64,000 nt of DNA. Origin: a virus. How positions within the stretch are numbered: position 1 is the first letter of the stretch; the number at the start of each line of letters is the position of its first letter. Shown here piece after piece: positions 58,116-64,000 of this stretch. The position numbers and the translations under genes were made by a program. The DNA is taken from positions 1 to 64,000 of the IMG/VR virus record IMGVR_UViG_3300044630_002434; one strand, written 5' to 3'. The notes beneath the pieces are model-generated. The model did not search any database. It was given only the letters and a program-made list of their open reading frames with translations, and was not told where the DNA came from.

Positions 58116-58385
58116 GTGCGCGAACAGTTAATTAAAAACATAGAAGAACTCTTAAACAGAGGGAACCCCGAAGAATTAAAATCTACTCTTACAATTAGTG
58201 TTATTGATTTATTTATTGAAGCAATAAACGAAATGATAAAAGAAGAAGTTGACCACATCAACAAAGCGTTAAGTAGTGAAGATAGCCAACCTGACATTAG
58301 ACAAGCATCTCTTTGCTACGAAGCAATGGCAGCGTATTCTGTTTTAAAAGATTCCTTATCTGAACCAAAAGAAGAAAACGCTTAG
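58116..58385 (+). CDS. hypothetical protein
   Basis: AAGGAG RBS, GTG start. Confidence 0.55.
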   Translation: MREQLIKNIEELLNRGNPEELKSTLTISVIDLFIEAINEMIKEEVDHINKALSSEDSQPDIRQASLCYEAMAAYSVLKDSLSEPKEENA

Positions 58386-58552
58386 ATGTTAAAGGCTCAT
58401 ACCTGCAAGTTTTGCGGAGAAGTTCTTAAAGCGACATCTATAAAAAAGATTGAAAAAGAGTACGAACTTCATATCAAAACCGACTACCATATATCACAGG
58501 TAGATTTAATAAAAGAGATACGCAAACAAAGACTTATTTCATTAGGAACCAG

Positions 58553-58840
58553 ATGAGCGACCAAGAAAACGAAGAAGAGTTAGAGAAGTTCCTACTAGAA
58601 ACACGCGAATCTATAAAAGGTTTGTCTGATGCTCTAACAGCAAGACTAGAGAGAATGCAAATGTTTCATAAGTACACCCAAGCGATGATGAAAGATGACT
58701 TCGTTGGGATGATAGATGCTTTAGGTTATTCTGAAGAAATCCTTGAAGGTATGACATACCCAGAGATAATGGAATCAATGGTTGTACGAGTAGCAGACTT
58801 AGCAAAGGAAGTTGGCTTCGACATAAATGGGAAAGACTAA
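58553..58840 (+). CDS. hypothetical protein
   Basis: 95-aa ORF. Confidence 0.55.
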   Translation: MSDQENEEELEKFLLETRESIKGLSDALTARLERMQMFHKYTQAMMKDDFVGMIDALGYSEEILEGMTYPEIMESMVVRVADLAKEVGFDINGKD

Positions 58841-59018
58841 AAGGTTTAAATAATGTGTAATCAAATGGAAAATGCTGCGCATATCCATAAACTGAAAAAA
58901 GAAGTTTGGTTAGAAGTGTTAAGCGATTACCCAAGCGAAGGTGAAGAAGAGCGGTTATGGCATTGCTTGCATGGCAGGGCTTATGGAATCAACTGCAAGA
59001 AGTGTGAGAGAGACGACG

Positions 59019-59435
59019 ATGAATAAACCAAAAGCAATCATTGTTGACATTGATGGAACTGTTGCGCACAAAACCGACAGAGATATCTATGAATACGAAA
59101 AGGCTCTTAGTGATTCCTCTGACGCAGTAATTATTGAAGTAATCAAAGCACTCTGGCTTCAGGATTATAAGATTATTTTTATCTCTGGACGTTCAGATGA
59201 ATGCATTCAAGTTACTCGCGAGTGGCTTCGACTTCACTGTCCTCCATATATCGGTCTCCATATGCGACAAGCAAAAGACTTTCGTAAAGATGCAATCGTT
59301 AAGAAAGAACTCTACGAACAATATGTTAAAGACCACTACGACGTACTCTGCGTTTTTGATGACCGTAATCAAGTTGTAGATATGTGGCGCGAGATTGGTC
59401 TTAAGTGTCTACAAGTACAGCCCGGAGATTTCTAA
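59019..59435 (+). CDS. HAD-family phosphatase (polynucleotide kinase 3'-phosphatase domain-like)
   Basis: IVDIDGT, ISGR, MR...DFRKD..VK, FDDRNQVVDMWR..GL.CLQV..GDF. Confidence 0.88.
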   Translation: MNKPKAIIVDIDGTVAHKTDRDIYEYEKALSDSSDAVIIEVIKALWLQDYKIIFISGRSDECIQVTREWLRLHCPPYIGLHMRQAKDFRKDAIVKKELYEQYVKDHYDVLCVFDDRNQVVDMWREIGLKCLQVQPGDF

Positions 59436-60079
59436 TACATACATATGACGTAAGACAGATAGAATCCAAAGAGACGCATGACTACCTTCTTAATATCCAT
59501 TATGCAAAGCGTCTGCCACAGATTATGTATGCATACGGACTATTCAGAGACGACAACCTAGTAGGGGTTATTACTTATGGTCGTCCCCCTGCACCGTCTG
59601 TATCTAAAGGTGTTCTAGGAACAGAGCATAAAAACCTAGTCCTTGAACTCAATCGTTTATGTCTCAAAGACAATCTTAAAAACGAAGCATCACAACTTGT
59701 TGCAGGTTCTTTCAAACTTCTTCCTAAACCTCTTGCAGTTATTTCTTATGCGGATACATCACATGACCATCTCGGTATTGTTTATCAAGCAACAAACTTT
59801 TTTTACACAGGGCTTTCTTCCAAGCACACAGACTGGGCGGTAGAAGGAATGGAAGGAACTCATACGAGAACCTTTAACCATATTGCCGATGCAATTCCCG
59901 GAGATAAAAAGAATCTTGAAAAAATCAAAGAACTTTATGGTGACCGTTTTTACTACATTGACAGACCAAGAAAACATCGATACATTATCTTGTTAGGGAG
60001 CAAGTCAGAAAAAAGAACGCTAAAGAGTCTTCTAAAGTACCCAGTTCTTCCGTACCCAAAAAGGAGTAAAGATGCTTGA
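59405..60079 (+). CDS. Mom-like adenine-modifying (GNAT-fold) enzyme
   Basis: HYAKR, GLF..LVGVITYG.P, LELNRL, NEAS, ISYAD, H.G.VYQATNF.YTG, KHRY; true start uncertain. Confidence 0.8.
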   Translation: MSTSTARRFLIHTYDVRQIESKETHDYLLNIHYAKRLPQIMYAYGLFRDDNLVGVITYGRPPAPSVSKGVLGTEHKNLVLELNRLCLKDNLKNEASQLVAGSFKLLPKPLAVISYADTSHDHLGIVYQATNFFYTGLSSKHTDWAVEGMEGTHTRTFNHIADAIPGDKKNLEKIKELYGDRFYYIDRPRKHRYIILLGSKSEKRTLKSLLKYPVLPYPKRSKDA

Positions 60080-60308
60080 TAAAAATGGGGATTATCACCC
60101 TAACGACCCATCTGCAGAGAATGAAAGACTGTACAGAATTTTAGATAAACTGAACAGTATTAGAAAGCATTCTCAAGTACGAGGAGACTCAGAGCAGTTT
60201 ATTCTTGGCATCTTACTAAGTACTGATATCGTAACTGCTGAAATACGTGGAGAAATTCACAAAATAGATGGCAGTACTATCCACCCCGACCAAATACCCC
60301 TAATCTAG
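60072..60308 (+). CDS. hypothetical protein
   Basis: AAGGAG RBS. Confidence 0.55.
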   Translation: MLDKNGDYHPNDPSAENERLYRILDKLNSIRKHSQVRGDSEQFILGILLSTDIVTAEIRGEIHKIDGSTIHPDQIPLI

Positions 60309-60361
60309 CACTGCTAGTATTTTAACTCTTACTCAAATACCACCCCCAAAAAAGGATACCT

Positions 60362-62419
60362 ATGTCTACCGTTACTTTTGTTTTTCGTCTAAACGAAGAG
60401 TTTGTTGCTTCTTTCAAAGAAAAGAAAGCACCGTTTGGGTATAGAGATGCAGGTGGTAATTCGGTAGGCGAGATTACATTCTTACGCACATACTCACGCA
60501 AGAAAGAAGATGGAACTAAAGAGACTTGGGTAGATGTCTGCGAGCGAGTTATCAACGGTATGTACTCACTTCAAAAAGAACATTGCAAGACTAACCGTTT
60601 ACCTTGGTCAGATGCTAAGGCTCAGGCTTCTGCAAAAGAAGCGTTTGACCGTCTATTCAATCTAAAGTGGACACCACCAGGTCGCGGACTTTGGGTTATG
60701 GGAACCCCAATTGTAAACGTACAAAAGAACTCTGCTGCTCTGCAGAACTGTGCGTTTGTTTCAACACTTGAAATGACAAAACTAAATCCTGCTAAGCCAT
60801 TTGGTTTCTTGATGGAAGCGTCAATGCTTGGCGTTGGTGTTGGTTTTGATGATAAGGGCGCTGAAAAAGAATTCACCATCTACGCACCTAAGTCAGAGTG
60901 CACAACAATGGTTATCCCAGATACTCGCGAAGGCTGGGTCGAGTCAACCGTTGAACTTCTTAACTCATACCTAAAGGCAGACCATAATTGCCTAGAGTTT
61001 GACTACTCAGAGATTCGTCCTGAAGGTGCGCCTATTGCAACCTTTGGTGGAACTGCAGCAGGTCACGAACCACTAGAGCGTCTACATAACTACATCCACA
61101 AACTATTCAAAGGACGCGCTGGTGAACTCATCACTAAAAAAGATATTGCAGATATTGGCAATCTTATTGGTGTATGTGTGGTATCTGGCAATGTTCGTCG
61201 TAGTGCTGAACTCCTAATTGGTTCTATTGACGACCAAGACTTCTTAAATCTTAAGAACGCAGAAGTTTTCCCAGAACGTAACTCATACGACCCAGCAACA
61301 CCAGGCTGGGGCTGGATGTCTAACAACTCTGTTGCTGTCAGCGTAGGTCAAGACCTTTCTCCTATCGTTGATGGTATTGCTCGCAATGGAGAGCCCGGCG
61401 TTATTTGGATGGACGTATCTCGTAAGTATGGTCGTCTTGCAGATGCACCTAACAACAAAGACCATCGCATCGCTGGTTACAATCCTTGCGCAGAGCAATC
61501 CCTTGAGTCATTTGAGATGTGCACCTTGGTTGAAACATACCTAAACCGTCACGACTCACTAGAGGACTATAACCGAACTCTTAAGTTCGCGTACCTCTAC
61601 GCTAAGACTGTAACTCTTCTTCCAACCCATTGGGAAGAAACCAACGCAATCATGCAACGTAACCGTCGTATCGGAACTTCAATGTCTGGCGTAGCAAACT
61701 TTGCTGACCGTAAGGGCTTACCTGTTCTCCGTGACTGGATGGATAAAGGCTACGAGAACATCAAGAAGTATGACACCATCTATTCAGAATGGCTAGGTAT
61801 CCGTGAATCAATCAAGACAACAACCGTTAAGCCATCAGGCACAGTGTCTATCCTTGCTGGAGAGTCGCCCGGCGTTCACTGGACACCAGGTGGAAAGTTC
61901 TTCAACCGAGCAATACGCTTTGCAAATTCTGACCCTATGCTCCCACTTTTCAAGATGGCAAACTACCGAGTCGAACCAGCATCAGAATCCCCAGACACAA
62001 CCTCTGTCGTATTCTTCCCAATTAAGTCTGATGCAGAACGCGCAGAACGCGATGTAACAATCTTTGAGAAGATGTCACTTGCTGCAGTTGCGCAGCGTTA
62101 CTGGTCTGATAACTCGGTATCCGTTACCGTTTCGTTTGACCCAGAAACCGAAGCAGAGCATGTTGGAACTGTTCTACATATGTATGACGGTCAACTAAAG
62201 ACTGTTTCATTCTTACCATCTGGTAACTTCACCTATCCTCAAATGCCTTACACGCAGATTACTGAAGAGGAGTACCATGAAGATGGAGAACTAAAGTTGT
62301 TCCCTATTGACTTCTCAGGTGTTTATGCAGGTATGGCAGCAGACGCAATCGGCGAGGCTTACTGCACCACCGACGCTTGTGAAATCAAACTCATTACAGA
62401 AAACAATAAGGATAAGTAA
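60362..62419 (+). CDS. nrdJ: class II (adenosylcobalamin-dependent, monomeric-type) ribonucleotide reductase
   Basis: PPGRGLW, NCAF, GNVRRSA, NPCAEQ.LE..E.C.LVE, TTVKPSGT, C-terminal CTTDAC. Confidence 0.93.
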   Translation: MSTVTFVFRLNEEFVASFKEKKAPFGYRDAGGNSVGEITFLRTYSRKKEDGTKETWVDVCERVINGMYSLQKEHCKTNRLPWSDAKAQASAKEAFDRLFNLKWTPPGRGLWVMGTPIVNVQKNSAALQNCAFVSTLEMTKLNPAKPFGFLMEASMLGVGVGFDDKGAEKEFTIYAPKSECTTMVIPDTREGWVESTVELLNSYLKADHNCLEFDYSEIRPEGAPIATFGGTAAGHEPLERLHNYIHKLFKGRAGELITKKDIADIGNLIGVCVVSGNVRRSAELLIGSIDDQDFLNLKNAEVFPERNSYDPATPGWGWMSNNSVAVSVGQDLSPIVDGIARNGEPGVIWMDVSRKYGRLADAPNNKDHRIAGYNPCAEQSLESFEMCTLVETYLNRHDSLEDYNRTLKFAYLYAKTVTLLPTHWEETNAIMQRNRRIGTSMSGVANFADRKGLPVLRDWMDKGYENIKKYDTIYSEWLGIRESIKTTTVKPSGTVSILAGESPGVHWTPGGKFFNRAIRFANSDPMLPLFKMANYRVEPASESPDTTSVVFFPIKSDAERAERDVTIFEKMSLAAVAQRYWSDNSVSVTVSFDPETEAEHVGTVLHMYDGQLKTVSFLPSGNFTYPQMPYTQITEEEYHEDGELKLFPIDFSGVYAGMAADAIGEAYCTTDACEIKLITENNKDK

Positions 62420-62420
62420 T

Positions 62421-62696
62421 ATGAAAAGACGCACAAAGAAAAACAATGAAGAATCTATGCTAGTCAAAGAAGACCAATACCGCGCAGTCATTACCTACCT
62501 ACCAAATAAGAATGGATATAAAGCATCCGTTCAACGTAGAATCGGCATAGATGAGTGGGTTAAAGTTCAATGTGGACTTAAAGGAGTAGTTTTTGCTTCA
62601 AAAGAGTCTGCTGAAAACAGAGCAAGATATAAAATTAAAGAACAAAAAGGTATGGACAATGCAGAAAAAAACTCTTACATTGTTTACGATGATTAG
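62421..62696 (+). CDS. hypothetical basic protein
   Basis: Starts just after the nrdJ stop (MKRRTKK or the later MLVKE). Confidence 0.5.
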   Translation: MKRRTKKNNEESMLVKEDQYRAVITYLPNKNGYKASVQRRIGIDEWVKVQCGLKGVVFASKESAENRARYKIKEQKGMDNAEKNSYIVYDD

Positions 62697-62710
62697 GATA
62701 GAATACTGAT

Positions 62711-62899
62711 ATGCCTACATACGACTACATCTGTTCAAGCGACCACCTCTATACAGAAGAGCGTTCAATCCACGAGGACCAAAAAGTATTTGAATGCCCA
62801 GAGTGCAAAGAAACTCTTAAGCGTGTTTTCATTGCTGTCCCAGTTACTTTCCAAGCACCCGGCTTCTACGCAAGCGAGCGAAAGGGTATGGGGTTATGA
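62711..62899 (+). CDS. FmdB-family zinc-ribbon protein
   Basis: MPTYDYIC...H...CPEC...LKRVF....F...GFY. Confidence 0.85.
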   Translation: MPTYDYICSSDHLYTEERSIHEDQKVFECPECKETLKRVFIAVPVTFQAPGFYASERKGMGL

Positions 62900-63165
62900 G
62901 CCTTCAACCACTAACAGGTTCAGGTATCCAATTGGATACAGTGACCGATACTGCTCCAGCAGAGCCCGGCGACCACGATAAGTTTGCTCACTATGCCCCG
63001 AAAGATGAGATTACCTACGCACTTATATATGGCGTTCCAATCATTGCCCTTTGCGGTAAACAATGGATTCCATCCAGAGACCCCAAGGGTTTTAGCGTTT
63101 GTCCTGCTTGTAAAGAAATCTACGAACAACTATCTAAAGACAATCCTGACGACTATATGTCTTGA
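62896..63165 (+). CDS. DUF3039 family protein
   Basis: GDHDKFAHY...ALCGKQWIPSRDP....VCPACKEIYE. Confidence 0.85.
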   Translation: MSLQPLTGSGIQLDTVTDTAPAEPGDHDKFAHYAPKDEITYALIYGVPIIALCGKQWIPSRDPKGFSVCPACKEIYEQLSKDNPDDYMS

Positions 63166-63241
63166 TAAACTGGACGTTGACATACGTTTGGCATAGTAAT
63201 TAGGACTGTGCCTGTTTGTAACTGGAAGTACAGGCAGGAAT

Positions 63242-63727
63242 ATGAAGAAGTTAGTAATTTTATTTGTTGTTTTTTCTCTATCCGTTTTTGGTGTTACCTC
63301 TTCTAAGGCTAATCCAATAAACAAAATGAAGAAAGATACAAGCACCGTAACATTAAAAATTGGTAAGTGGAGAGATGTTCCCTTTAATGGAAACAATGCT
63401 TTTACCTTAAACGGAGAGCGCACCCTATGGGCAGCCCAACTCCATGTAACCTGTAAAAAGGCTCCCAAGTATATTAAAATGAGATTTGCTCGTAACCTGC
63501 CAAATGGCAAGATAGACAGTACTGGAACCAATACTTGGATGCTTAATGGTAAGAAGCCTAATAAGTCTTGGCAAGGTTCCCTTGTCTGGGAAACAACCAG
63601 TGACCATCCCATGACTGTTCAATACAAGATTATGGGCGGTAAAAACTGCAAGTCTAACTCCCGTCAGTTTAAGTACTGGCAACCAGGAGATAGCGTTCAA
63701 GACTTGCTGATACCGCCAACAGGCTAA
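63242..63727 (+). CDS. exported protein with signal peptide
   Basis: MKKLVILFVVFSLSVFGVTSSKA signal-like N-terminus. Confidence 0.65.
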   Translation: MKKLVILFVVFSLSVFGVTSSKANPINKMKKDTSTVTLKIGKWRDVPFNGNNAFTLNGERTLWAAQLHVTCKKAPKYIKMRFARNLPNGKIDSTGTNTWMLNGKKPNKSWQGSLVWETTSDHPMTVQYKIMGGKNCKSNSRQFKYWQPGDSVQDLLIPPTG

Positions 63728-63769
63728 ATAGGTGTACACTTAAAGTTCACCACCTAGATAAGGATAACT

Positions 63770-64000
63770 ATGAGCATAGAATATGTTTCGTGGAAAGCGG
63801 GCGACCCAAAGATTAAGCCGTCCCCTCAAACCATTCGTCCAAAAGTATGGACACAACTTGATTTTGGCGCACAAGATTCAATTGTTCCAAAGAATACAGG
63901 TCACGCTAACTGGGCTTTTTACATTAACGTAAAAGAACTTGGCGGAGCCAAAGAAATGAAAATTCGTTTTACCCGCGATATCGGAACTAAAGATGCAGAC
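63770..64000 (+). CDS. hypothetical protein, truncated by window end
   Basis: Own translation MSIEYVSWKAGDPKIKPSPQTIRPKVWTQLDF...MKIRFTRD; AAGGA RBS. Confidence 0.55.
   Translation, partial: MSIEYVSWKAGDPKIKPSPQTIRPKVWTQLDFGAQDSIVPKNTGHANWAFYINVKELGGAKEMKIRFTRDIGTKDAD

Noticed and set aside
60362-62419. Intein or intron in nrdJ
   Set aside because: 685 aa with contiguous motifs and no splice-junction or homing endonuclease signature

Overview
This 64 kb window comes from a large tailed dsDNA phage that probably infects Actinobacteria. Host clues are mycobacteriophage-cluster-B-like head and tail genes, ClgR-like and DUF3039 genes, leaderless starts and PafBC-type promoter motifs. It has three zones. 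(1) 1-27 kb, minus strand: virion morphogenesis genes, namely portal, a 4119-aa multidomain protein (DnaQ exonuclease, two GNAT-like and one HipA/PI3K-like kinase domains), a 1709-aa maturation-protease protein with an embedded Dps ferritin domain, hexamer and pentamer capsid proteins and the major tail protein. (2) After a ~600-bp microsatellite-like tract, 28-54 kb is an array of small single-gene cassettes. Many share a terminator, an AACTGAAATTTTTT box, a promoter with TGTCAG-N10-TAnnnT (the PafBC/RecA-NDp DNA-damage promoter pattern) and a 5' hairpin with a G-rich loop. This zone also holds an HDAC plus phosphatase pair, an Ntn protease, a MoxR-VWA pair, an atypical tRNA-Tyr, a ~320-nt structured RNA candidate and a candidate sRNA with three anti-Shine-Dalgarno loops. 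(3) 55-64 kb, plus strand: a DnaA-box-flanked origin candidate, a Mom-like DNA modifier, a PNKP-type phosphatase and class II RNR. All family calls are from motif recognition by eye, and counts are manual.
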